IMG/VR virus record: IMGVR_UViG_3300014205_000011
Coordinates: 1 to 64,000 of that record
Source of the DNA: a virus
Taxonomy: Duplodnaviria; Caudoviricetes
Strand: one strand, 5' to 3'
Length of the DNA: 64,000 bases
Below, piece after piece: positions 55,628-63,517 of this stretch. Below the pieces are notes generated by a model. It was not told the DNA's origin and ran no database searches. It worked only from the letters and a program-made list of their open reading frames with translations. Each line of letters starts with the position of its first letter. The first letter of the stretch is position 1. The position numbers were made by a program, and so were the translations under genes.

Positions 55628-56893
55628 TTAAGCTTGTTGTTGTGACTCTTGTGATTCTGTATCTGCTTCACCTTTATCTAATTGTGCTGTTTCCATATGA
55701 AGAAAACTTGAATTTTTAGCTTTAGTAACATAAGGTATTATACCATCTTTTCTAATACAAATACCTTCTTCAGGTGAACCTTTATCTACAGGTAAACAAT
55801 CAGGGTTAATCTCTGATAATATCTTTTCTTTATATAACTCTATATCAAAGCCTTTATGTTTACCTTGCCATAGTTCAGGTACATATTTTAAAGCATTAGT
55901 ATTGCAAAACTCTTTTACCTGTTCCCAACTTAAATCACAAGCTATACCATGATTATTAACTATAGCTATCCTGTATATGTACAACTCTGAATTACCTTGA
56001 CTATATCCATAAGAGTAACCTCCTTGAATAGCTTTATCACCTGCATATCCCACTATTTCACCATATAGAATATAGTCCTCTGGTATTACATGCTTAATCA
56101 GTTCAAGATGTTGAGCCCATACATCAGTTTCATAAAAACTGGGTTTACCCACAGTATCTTTAATTACTCTTCTACTACCACATACATAATCATATTCATG
56201 AGTTTGTACTTTTACTCCTAACCACTTAAGTATTCTTTCTATAATAGTTAATTGCCTTTTAAACAATACTTTACCAAATCTAGCTGATGTACCATGTATC
56301 TTTTGAGTAATTATTACAGTATCATCATTTTGATATTTGTTTACATTTTTATGATAGTTATCAGTTTCAAAGTGTTGTGGAAACACTTTACTTTCTACTA
56401 ATGATTCAGTAATATTTCTAGCTTTTTGCTCACCTTTTTCCCTAGGTACTTTGATTACATACTTTTTACATATTTCTATTCCTTCAATTTCATTAAAGCT
56501 ATCACCTTCTTTAAATAAAGAATTAATATTTTCAGGAGAAGCAGCAAATATATACATAAGTGAGCTTAATGGCATAAATAAAGCAGAAGAAGTATGACCT
56601 CTAAATTTTACAGCTTTTACTCTTCTGTTATCTTCTATGTAACCTTTTTGAGTTGTATCAATGTTTAGGTTACTGTGTCTGAACAGATTATTCTGTTTGC
56701 AATACTCTTCTGATAGCTGTACTTCAGCAGTAAACAATATGCCTAAGTCACCTATTTGAGTATCTTTGCTTACTATAGCTTGATAACCATATATAGGAAA
56801 TCCTACTACATTATCACAATTATCAAGTTTAACTATATTGTGTACTTTAACTATAGTAGCACAATAATTTTCATTTGTTACTTTTAAATTCAT
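55628..56893 (-). CDS. RNA ligase (Rnl2/DRB0094-like)
   Basis: TQKIHGTS (motif I Lys), YGEIVG, LYIYRI, EGICIR, KAKN; N-terminal OB-like domain. Confidence 0.85.
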   Translation of the reverse strand: MNLKVTNENYCATIVKVHNIVKLDNCDNVVGFPIYGYQAIVSKDTQIGDLGILFTAEVQLSEEYCKQNNLFRHSNLNIDTTQKGYIEDNRRVKAVKFRGHTSSALFMPLSSLMYIFAASPENINSLFKEGDSFNEIEGIEICKKYVIKVPREKGEQKARNITESLVESKVFPQHFETDNYHKNVNKYQNDDTVIITQKIHGTSARFGKVLFKRQLTIIERILKWLGVKVQTHEYDYVCGSRRVIKDTVGKPSFYETDVWAQHLELIKHVIPEDYILYGEIVGYAGDKAIQGGYSYGYSQGNSELYIYRIAIVNNHGIACDLSWEQVKEFCNTNALKYVPELWQGKHKGFDIELYKEKILSEINPDCLPVDKGSPEEGICIRKDGIIPYVTKAKNSSFLHMETAQLDKGEADTESQESQQQA

Positions 56894-57138
56894 ATCATGT
56901 TTTTTAATCTTTCAATTTCGAGTTCATACTTAGCTATTTGAGCATTTACTAGTTTATTTCTTTGTGTATAAGCTTCTGCTTTCTTTTTAAATATTTTATT
57001 ACCTATTTGATGGGTGATAAATGTAGGATAAGCATCTGGGCTAGGGTGAGCATAATATGTTTGTCCTCCTAGTATAAAAGGATTCATGTTACACTTTACA
57101 ATTTGAAATTCTTCTGTTATTAAATATACTTCTTCCAT
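56890..57138 (-). CDS. Hypothetical protein
   Basis: 82-aa ORF, ATGA coupled. Confidence 0.55.
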   Translation of the reverse strand: MEEVYLITEEFQIVKCNMNPFILGGQTYYAHPSPDAYPTFITHQIGNKIFKKKAEAYTQRNKLVNAQIAKYELEIERLKNMI

Positions 57139-57406
57139 TATGCTTTTTTAAAGTTGGGTAATTGAATATGCTACAATGAGGTATAAGGTATACAAAAGCT
57201 GGATCTTTATAATGTTCCTTATAATAATATCCTATTATAGAACTAGGTAAAAATAAATTTTCAGTAGCCTTTCTTGCTAAATAATCTTTTGTAAGTAACG
57301 TAATAATAGATGTATAACCTAACTGTTCATAACATTGAGGATAATGTTTACTAAAAGTCATTATATCTCTTTTATACAACTCATTTTTCAAGTCTTCTAC
57401 TAACAT
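57089..57406 (-). CDS. Small LFxP-family protein
   Basis: ELYKRDIM ... NLFLPSSII. Confidence 0.7.
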   Translation of the reverse strand: MLVEDLKNELYKRDIMTFSKHYPQCYEQLGYTSIITLLTKDYLARKATENLFLPSSIIGYYYKEHYKDPAFVYLIPHCSIFNYPTLKKHNGRSIFNNRRISNCKV

Positions 57407-57588
57407 GTTTTTAAATTAGGTTTTATATGTATTCCTAAAACGTTTGTAGTTATGTAATACTTAGGTATAAATAAAGAACAAGGATAAAATAATTGTGGTT
57501 TATCAAAGATAAAAGATATATAACTACCATCAGGTAATTCATCTTTTATCATAGCTCTTTGTACAAAACTGTTCATTAATTTATTCAT
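57400..57588 (-). CDS. Small LFxP-family protein
   Basis: FVQRAMI ... SLFIPK. Confidence 0.65.
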   Translation of the reverse strand: MNKLMNSFVQRAMIKDELPDGSYISFIFDKPQLFYPCSLFIPKYYITTNVLGIHIKPNLKTC

Positions 57589-57856
57589 TGTTTTTTATAT
57601 TAGTTTGCGATTCAAGTTCCAGTAACTTTTGTAATACTACATTATAATGACTATGTTTTTTAGGTCTAAACCCTAATACAATAATCTTAAATTTGTTTCT
57701 ACTATTAGAATAATAAATATGATAAAAACAATTTTTAACTTCTGGAGCTTGTTTTCCTTCGTAATATATAGTTCCATAGAAAGTTGACCAACTATTATAT
57801 GTACTATATATTAATTTCCAATCATTAGGCAAAAACAATTTTGTTATCCAATTCAT
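57581..57856 (-). CDS. Hypothetical protein
   Basis: 91-aa aromatic-rich ORF. Confidence 0.55.
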   Translation of the reverse strand: MNWITKLFLPNDWKLIYSTYNSWSTFYGTIYYEGKQAPEVKNCFYHIYYSNSRNKFKIIVLGFRPKKHSHYNVVLQKLLELESQTNIKNNE

Positions 57857-58080
57857 TGTACTACTATTTTAATGATTGTTTTATTCTTACCTTCTCCTAC
57901 AGTTTTATAATAAGTACCTTTATTGTAAGGTATTTCAACTTTAACTACACTATTTTTATTTAATGAATCAGATACTTTAAACACTTGCATAGTATCTGTT
58001 TCTAAACGGCTTTTATAACTTGTTTGCCCACATAAAGACATAGTTAGTATTGCTGCTAATATTATTATTAATATTTTCAT
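57853..58080 (-). CDS. Small secreted/periplasmic protein
   Basis: N-terminal signal-like MKILIIILAAILTMSLCGQ. Confidence 0.55.
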   Translation of the reverse strand: MKILIIILAAILTMSLCGQTSYKSRLETDTMQVFKVSDSLNKNSVVKVEIPYNKGTYYKTVGEGKNKTIIKIVVQ

Positions 58081-58193
58081 TGTTTAATTAGTTTAATAGG
58101 TAAATAAAGATTAAGTCTATTAGGTATCCATACAAAACGTTTAAATATATAATAACGATAAGCTTGTGCACTTAACAAATTTTTTGACATCAT
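58077..58193 (-). CDS. Short LFxP-family ORF missed by the ORF track (38 aa)
   Basis: MMSKNLLSAQAYRYYIFKRFVWIPNRLNLYLPIKLIKQ*, with ATGA coupling to the next gene. Confidence 0.5.
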   Translation of the reverse strand: MMSKNLLSAQAYRYYIFKRFVWIPNRLNLYLPIKLIKQ

Positions 58194-58227
58194 TTGCTGA
58201 ATAATGTCATTCTTAAAGAGAGACTTA

Positions 58228-58341
58228 CTACCCACTTAACCCTCCTGTGTGATTGTTATCATCATGTGTAATTATAGCTATAAGTACAACAAGTGTAAAT
58301 AAAGCTGCTATACTTATTACTGTTATGTAAAAATCTGTCAT
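58228..58341 (-). CDS. Small membrane peptide (37 aa)
   Basis: MTDFYITVISIAALFTLVVLIAIITHDDNNHTGGLSG*, ATGA-coupled to the upstream ORF. Confidence 0.5.
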   Translation of the reverse strand: MTDFYITVISIAALFTLVVLIAIITHDDNNHTGGLSG

Positions 58342-58568
58342 GATAATTCTAGTATTAAAGGTTTCTTTTGTAATATAAAAGGATCTTCACTGCATATAAT
58401 AGCAAATTCTTCTGGTGTAATATTAGTAGTATCTACTACTGGCACATCTACTCTGTTTTTACCAGTTTCTAATGAAATCAGTGTTACTATATTTCCTCTA
58501 AGATCAGCTAATATAAATAGCTCATCATTATTTACATCTAAGTAAATGTTTCCTGTTTTTATGTTCAT
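58338..58568 (-). CDS. Hypothetical protein
   Basis: 76-aa beta-rich ORF. Confidence 0.55.
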   Translation of the reverse strand: MNIKTGNIYLDVNNDELFILADLRGNIVTLISLETGKNRVDVPVVDTTNITPEEFAIICSEDPFILQKKPLILELS

Positions 58569-58569
58569 G

Positions 58570-58782
58570 TTATTTTATTGTAAGATCTAAAATTTGTGTA
58601 CTAAGAATTTTAAATTCGCTTTTAGTATTGGGTATAAAAAGATTTATTGTGTTTTGATAACAATAGTGTAAACGTACATCTATAAATTTACTTTTAAAAT
58701 AAATAGCTAATTCAGGTGTAAGATAAGAAGGATTATAACTAGTACGATATATCATCCTATTTATTATATCAAATTTTTCCAT
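58570..58782 (-). CDS. Small LFxP-family protein
   Basis: IINRMIY ... NLFIPNT. Confidence 0.65.
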   Translation of the reverse strand: MEKFDIINRMIYRTSYNPSYLTPELAIYFKSKFIDVRLHYCYQNTINLFIPNTKSEFKILSTQILDLTIK

Positions 58783-59315
58783 ATCAATACTTTTTTTACA
58801 GCTTTACACAAGTCTAATAGAGTTCCACTATTTACAATAATTACATCACAAAGTAAATTTAATTGCTCACCTTCATTTTTAACTATACCTATTATAAAAT
58901 GTTCTTCTTGTTTAATTCTGTCTAACTCTACTGGAAACCTTAAATCATCTATTATCCAATTATCATCTTTGGTGTAATTATCAAATAAAGCTTTAACCCA
59001 TACATCATTGCCAAATATGTTTTTACATTGCTCACAGAACTCTATAAACCTGGGTCTTTCCTTTTCTTTATCTCTTCTAGATAAATCATGATAATCTAGT
59101 CCAGTTATATCAAAATATATATTTGCTGGAGGCTCACTAAACTTAACAATATCCCAAGAAAAAATAGAATTTGCCTTTTTCTCAGTTAGCCAGTTTACTA
59201 CTATTTCTTCATCATATTCTTCTTCCCATTCTTTTTGATACAAAAACCAATGTATTATTTGTGCTACAGTTGACTTACCAACTGAGTTATTGTTTGCTGT
59301 TATTGCTATGATCAT
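58764..59315 (-). CDS. Deoxynucleoside monophosphate kinase
   Basis: P-loop NNNSVGKST; WVKAL; WIIDDLRFPVE. Confidence 0.75.
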   Translation of the reverse strand: MIIAITANNNSVGKSTVAQIIHWFLYQKEWEEEYDEEIVVNWLTEKKANSIFSWDIVKFSEPPANIYFDITGLDYHDLSRRDKEKERPRFIEFCEQCKNIFGNDVWVKALFDNYTKDDNWIIDDLRFPVELDRIKQEEHFIIGIVKNEGEQLNLLCDVIIVNSGTLLDLCKAVKKVLIWKNLI

Positions 59316-59461
59316 TTTCTTTTAAGTTTACTTGTAAAATATTTTTTAAATCCCATACAACTAAGTACAAGCATTTCAACTCTTAGTTTAATTTTTAACC
59401 TATACCACCAAGATTCTTTTTCAAGATCATCAAGTATTTTTTGGGCTATTTTGCTTTTCAT
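59312..59461 (-). CDS. Small basic hypothetical protein (49 aa)
   Basis: MKSKIAQKILDDLEKESWWYRLKIK...KLKRK*, ATGA-coupled on both sides. Confidence 0.5.
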   Translation of the reverse strand: MKSKIAQKILDDLEKESWWYRLKIKLRVEMLVLSCMGFKKYFTSKLKRK

Positions 59462-59730
59462 AAAATTTTTATTTTAAGTTCTAAACTTCTACTATTTTTA
59501 TCAGTAGAATAATAAATATTAACTGTATCTTTAAAATAAAATATTGAACTAGGTAAAAACAAATTTGATCTGTTTAAAGTAAGTATATTATTAATAGTAA
59601 CTTTATAATTATATATACTGTTAGGATTTATATCTAATTCATTATAAGTTTCTTTCAGAAAACTTTTTCGAGTTTTATATTGATATAATATTTTTCTTGT
59701 TTCAAAAATTTTTTCAATGTCTTTATTCAT
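59458..59730 (-). CDS. Small LFxP-family protein
   Basis: FETRKILY ... NLFLPSSIF. Confidence 0.7.
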   Translation of the reverse strand: MNKDIEKIFETRKILYQYKTRKSFLKETYNELDINPNSIYNYKVTINNILTLNRSNLFLPSSIFYFKDTVNIYYSTDKNSRSLELKIKIL

Positions 59731-60032
59731 AACTTTCTTAAGTTAATACATTCTTTTTTTAACAATTTTAAGTATTCTATTTTATCTGTACAACTAAGAG
59801 AAAAGTCTCTCATAAGATCATCTAAAGATCCATATTCAAAATAATCATTATCAGGATCATATAATAAAGAAGCTATTTCATAACATACAAGATCCATATA
59901 ATAACTATAAAAATCACCACTATAATTACCTACCATCTTCATAGCAGGTTTACCTATAGAAATAAACTTAGCGCATAAATAACATTTATGCATTTTCTTA
60001 GTTTTAACTTTTTTTTCTATATGAAAATTCAT
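59727..60032 (-). CDS. Hypothetical protein with CxxC
   Basis: HKCYLCAK ... C. Confidence 0.55.
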   Translation of the reverse strand: MNFHIEKKVKTKKMHKCYLCAKFISIGKPAMKMVGNYSGDFYSYYMDLVCYEIASLLYDPDNDYFEYGSLDDLMRDFSLSCTDKIEYLKLLKKECINLRKL

Positions 60033-60340
60033 ATCTTATAATATTGTTCTTTAGGTTTGCCATTATTAAACCAGTTAAACATACCCCAATGAGTAGCTTT
60101 AATGTTACCATTTATAGCAATAGGTATTATTTTACCACCTTGTTTAAGAGTACCAAGTATATTAGATAATTGATTTTTATCTAACATTACACCATCTTCT
60201 TTAAGTTGTAACATAATTTTTTTAGCATTACAGAAGTAACCTATTTTCTCTATAGTTTGCCATACTATTTGTTTATTAGTATTAGGCTCTACATTCTTAT
60301 TTAATTTTACTCTACGTTCTGTTTCCATAATATTTATCAT
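60029..60340 (-). CDS. Putative winged-helix DNA-binding protein
   Basis: Helix-helix-helix then LKQGGKII beta hairpin. Confidence 0.45.
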   Translation of the reverse strand: MINIMETERRVKLNKNVEPNTNKQIVWQTIEKIGYFCNAKKIMLQLKEDGVMLDKNQLSNILGTLKQGGKIIPIAINGNIKATHWGMFNWFNNGKPKEQYYKI

Positions 60341-60536
60341 AATTATTGTATGAGCATGTCATCCAAGACAAATGTATTTCAATTCTTAATGCTGATGTTG
60401 GAATAAATAAATTTTGATTAAAATTTATTGTTTGTTTTGTAAAAAATTGCTTATAATGTTCAAGAGATGCTTCTTTACTTAAAGCTAACCAATTCATTAA
60501 GCTTTTACTTATATTTTTATCGTATAATTGACTCAT
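60312..60536 (-). CDS. Small LFxP-family protein
   Basis: NLFIPTSAL. Confidence 0.65.
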   Translation of the reverse strand: MSQLYDKNISKSLMNWLALSKEASLEHYKQFFTKQTINFNQNLFIPTSALRIEIHLSWMTCSYNNYDKYYGNRT

Positions 60537-60769
60537 TTAAACATTTTTCTTTTTACGGCTATAGTAGTCCATTCATAACCTTCAGAATCTTTACCTGTTT
60601 CATAAAACTCAAATATACTACTAGGTAATAATAAATTTAAGCAACATTGATTTATAACAAAATCAGATTTGTAAACAGCCCATTCCCTTGTATGAATTTC
60701 TCTAAAGGCTAATATTTTTTCAAAATCTTTCATAAGTTGTTTAATAAAAATACTACCCTGGTTATCCAA
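60533..60769 (-). CDS. Small LFxP-family protein
   Basis: LAFREI ... NLLLPSSIF. Confidence 0.65.
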   Translation of the reverse strand: MDNQGSIFIKQLMKDFEKILAFREIHTREWAVYKSDFVINQCCLNLLLPSSIFEFYETGKDSEGYEWTTIAVKRKMFK

Positions 60770-60830
60770 TAGTATTTATGATATGGAGCTATCATTAAAA
60801 AATAACAATAACAACTTATAACCAGTATTT

Positions 60831-60999
60831 GTATCCCTACAATTTGCAGGAGCAATAGGACTTGAACCTATACTTTTAGTTTTGGAGACTAAATTTCTAC
60901 CAATTGAATTATACTCCCATATCTCTCTAACCTCACTAACATTAGAGAGCCTCTTTTAAAATAATACGGCAAGAACTAAGTGAGTATAAGTATCCCTAC
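60831..60999. repeat. 10-bp direct repeat GTATCCCTAC flanking tRNA-Trp (60831-60840 and 60990-60999)
   Basis: Both copies are preceded by AGTAT-nn. Confidence 0.7.
60847..60918 (-). tRNA. trnW: tRNA-Trp(CCA)
   Basis: GGGAGTA/TGCTCCT acceptor; TTAGT-CTCCAAA-ACTAA anticodon arm; ATAGG-TTCAAGT-CCTAT T arm; CCA end not encoded. Confidence 0.92.
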
Positions 61000-61009
61000 T
61001 TAAATATTG

Positions 61010-61336
61010 TTATGATACACCATCTCCTATAATATCTATGTTACCAGGTAATACAGGTGTTAAAACTTTGTTAAGTGCTTCTAATGCCTTTTCTAATGAA
61101 TTAAATATAAATGCTTCATCAGTATCTTCATCACTCCATTTACCATCTAAGGTTAAATACTCAGCTAAATCATCAGTTTCTTTTATCACACCCCATTTAT
61201 TGCTTTCTATAAAATCAAAAGGAATAACAATGTCTGTGTTAAAAACTTTATACATTACAGGTACAAGTTGTTCTTTAGTTATCATTTTAGTATATTTATT
61301 AGTATTATTAGTATTGAATAGAAACATATACACCAT
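61010..61336 (-). CDS. Hypothetical acidic protein
   Basis: ORF; likelier start MITKEQL. Confidence 0.55.
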   Translation of the reverse strand: MVYMFLFNTNNTNKYTKMITKEQLVPVMYKVFNTDIVIPFDFIESNKWGVIKETDDLAEYLTLDGKWSDEDTDEAFIFNSLEKALEALNKVLTPVLPGNIDIIGDGVS

Positions 61337-61390
61337 GTAATAGTTTCTATATTGATTTTTATATTACGTATAATTTGTTTCACTAAATTA

Positions 61391-61687
61391 TTATTTTGAT
61401 TTTTTTATAGTCTTTTTGACTGTAGACTTCATAAAAGCTTTCATAGCTTTAAGACTATCTTCTATTACTTTGATTTTATACAAAGCATCTTCATATTTTT
61501 CTATAGTACTTAAATCTCCATGCAACTTAACTGTTTCATTACAATCACTTATTCTAATTTCATAGTTATAGTCTGTTTCATCTCCTTTATAACCATCATC
61601 ATATACCATGACACTTATAGTACTAGAATAATCACTTGTAATGGGGTTTAAAAAGTCTACAGATCTGTAATTGTTTTTATTACTCAT
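61391..61687 (-). CDS. Hypothetical protein
   Basis: 98-aa ORF with A-rich leader. Confidence 0.6.
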   Translation of the reverse strand: MSNKNNYRSVDFLNPITSDYSSTISVMVYDDGYKGDETDYNYEIRISDCNETVKLHGDLSTIEKYEDALYKIKVIEDSLKAMKAFMKSTVKKTIKKSK

Positions 61688-61707
61688 TGTTTTATTAAAT
61701 TAATTTG

Positions 61708-61812
61708 TAGAGACTTCTAGACTCGAACTAGAAAGATAAATAATGAAAAAATAAAACCTTCAAAAACTCATCATTTTACCACCAATTCATGAATTACTTC
61801 ACTTTAGTCTCT
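61708..61812 (-). ncRNA. tRNA-like RNA with intact acceptor and T arms but expanded D/anticodon region
   Basis: AGAGACT/AGTCTCT acceptor; TCTAG-TTCGAGT-CTAGA T arm; same CAAATT trailer as tRNA-Trp. Confidence 0.6.
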
Positions 61813-61850
61813 ATCTAACCCTCTCTTTCACTAAAGGTTACATGAAAAAC

Positions 61851-62195
61851 CTATGCTACAGATTTCTCTTTAGCTATATCATGTTGCTCAGAGAGGGCAG
61901 TTTTTTTATTCTTTAAAAATGTTTTAAGTTCTTGTTCAACATCAAGTTTTCTAATGTCTTCCATAACTTCTAATACGTTATTCATGACAGTATTAAGCTT
62001 TTTAATTTTAGTACTACAATCTTTTTGTTGTTTACTGTAGTTCTTTTCTCTGCCTTGTAAGCTACGATAAATTTTAATTAGCTCTTCAGAGCTCATATCT
62101 TTTAGTAATTTTGTGTGTTTTACTTTATTAACATAATAAACATATTCAAAATGTTCAGGATTAGTTACAGCAGGTTCTCTTTGTTGTGTGGTCAT
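61851..62195 (-). CDS. Coiled-coil hypothetical protein
   Basis: 114 aa, heptad-rich. Confidence 0.6.
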   Translation of the reverse strand: MTTQQREPAVTNPEHFEYVYYVNKVKHTKLLKDMSSEELIKIYRSLQGREKNYSKQQKDCSTKIKKLNTVMNNVLEVMEDIRKLDVEQELKTFLKNKKTALSEQHDIAKEKSVA

Positions 62196-62206
62196 GATTT
62201 TAGTTT

Positions 62207-62404
62207 TTAATGAATGAGTTCTAATTCAGCTTCTAAAGCAGCCTCTTTAACAAGTAAATTATTCAGTAAAATCTTGTATGAAGATTCATCTTTATGCTGT
62301 ATTTTAAATAATTCTATACATCTATATACACTAGGTATTTGATCTTCTCTTGTAATAGAGCTTATAGAACTATAAAGTTTATTAAATGTATCTGTCTTAT
62401 TCAT
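62207..62404 (-). CDS. Hypothetical protein
   Basis: 65-aa ORF. Confidence 0.55.
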   Translation of the reverse strand: MNKTDTFNKLYSSISSITREDQIPSVYRCIELFKIQHKDESSYKILLNNLLVKEAALEAELELIH

Positions 62405-62422
62405 TGTTATATATTAAAGAAT

Positions 62423-62445
62423 AAAAAAAGGGGAGATATACTCCC
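62423..62445 (-). terminator. Intrinsic terminator
   Basis: GGGAG-TATAT-CTCCC plus a T run after ORF 62453..62980. Confidence 0.7.
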
Positions 62446-62452
62446 CTATATA

Positions 62453-62980
62453 TTAGAATGTTTCATCTTCTGTAACAGGTTCTGCTACTACAGCAGGTTC
62501 TCTTACAGTCGCAGTTTGAGTCATGCCTTTAAGTGTTTTACCACTTTGTTTAAGCACTGCTAGTGCTGCATTCTCACTGGCCATTTCACTAGGCAACAAA
62601 AATGTTTTGTACCCAGTTACATAATTACCTACTTCTCCAGTAGTTTCATGAAGTTCTTTACCATTATCAGATTTGATAAAGTAAGGTTCTGTTTCAAAGT
62701 TTACAATAGCACCAGGCATTTGTACACCTTTAACTACATCTGCTGGATTAATTTTCCATTCAGGTTCATTGTTAGAGTTATAACTTTGAAATACAGTACG
62801 TTTTTGAATAGCTTTGTCATCCATAATATTAACAATATCCCTTACAGATACTGTAAAATACTCACGAGAAGGTTTTCCATCTTTACGTGTAGTTTCAGTT
62901 TTAATTTCTGAAACATTGGTTACTACTAAGGTTTGAGTTTGAAGATTTTTAATGTCTTCTGTGCTTGTGATTTTTTGCAT
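62453..62980 (-). CDS. Hypothetical protein, possibly OB-fold nucleic-acid binding
   Basis: Beta-rich with acidic tail EDETF; followed by a terminator. Confidence 0.55.
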   Translation of the reverse strand: MQKITSTEDIKNLQTQTLVVTNVSEIKTETTRKDGKPSREYFTVSVRDIVNIMDDKAIQKRTVFQSYNSNNEPEWKINPADVVKGVQMPGAIVNFETEPYFIKSDNGKELHETTGEVGNYVTGYKTFLLPSEMASENAALAVLKQSGKTLKGMTQTATVREPAVVAEPVTEDETF

Positions 62981-63116
62981 GATTTTGTTTGTTAAATTTG
63001 TTAAACTTGTTTAAAATAAAAAAGTCAAGATAGAAGCCAAAATTCCCATAAAAGCTTCTACCTCAACTCAATGAGACTCTATATTATGACTTTAGTATAT
63101 TAGGGAAATTTAAATA

Positions 63117-63473
63117 CTAGATAGTAGATTCAATGTTGATACCTACTACTTCAGCAATGTTATAAAGACGTTTTTTAGCGGCTTCACATGCTTCTACAGT
63201 TTCTGCACTTTGTTCTACATCTTGATGAGCAGTAATTATACTTGTCAAATTCACATTACTTGTATAATACGAGTTTTCAAGTTTTTCTTGCCTAGCTTCT
63301 AGCTCATTTTGAGCAGCTTCTAATTGTGATTGTGCATTAAGAAATGAACTCCTCAATTGTTTTGCAAGATTTTTTTGTGCTGTTTCAGCAGCTTTGCTAA
63401 GATCTCTTGCATCATCTTTTTTGTTTAGAGCGATAAATTGCTCTACGTAGTTGTTTTTGGTGTCTTTTGCCAT
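63117..63473 (-). CDS. Coiled-coil hypothetical protein
   Basis: 118 aa, Ala/Glu/Gln-rich heptads. Confidence 0.65.
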   Translation of the reverse strand: MAKDTKNNYVEQFIALNKKDDARDLSKAAETAQKNLAKQLRSSFLNAQSQLEAAQNELEARQEKLENSYYTSNVNLTSIITAHQDVEQSAETVEACEAAKKRLYNIAEVVGINIESTI

Positions 63474-63517
63474 TTTTTTTAATTAATTAAATTGTACACG
63501 TATACTTTTTTGGAATT

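Noticed and set aside
57581-57856. KLFLP as LFxP family membership
   Set aside because: The motif is at residue 6 with no preceding helix, so it may be coincidental; not counted.
33384-62911. Plus-strand ORFs overlapping replication genes (e.g. 33949..34296, 47501..47902, 62648..62911)
   Set aside because: Antisense shadows; only the HNH gene has motifs and its own promoter.
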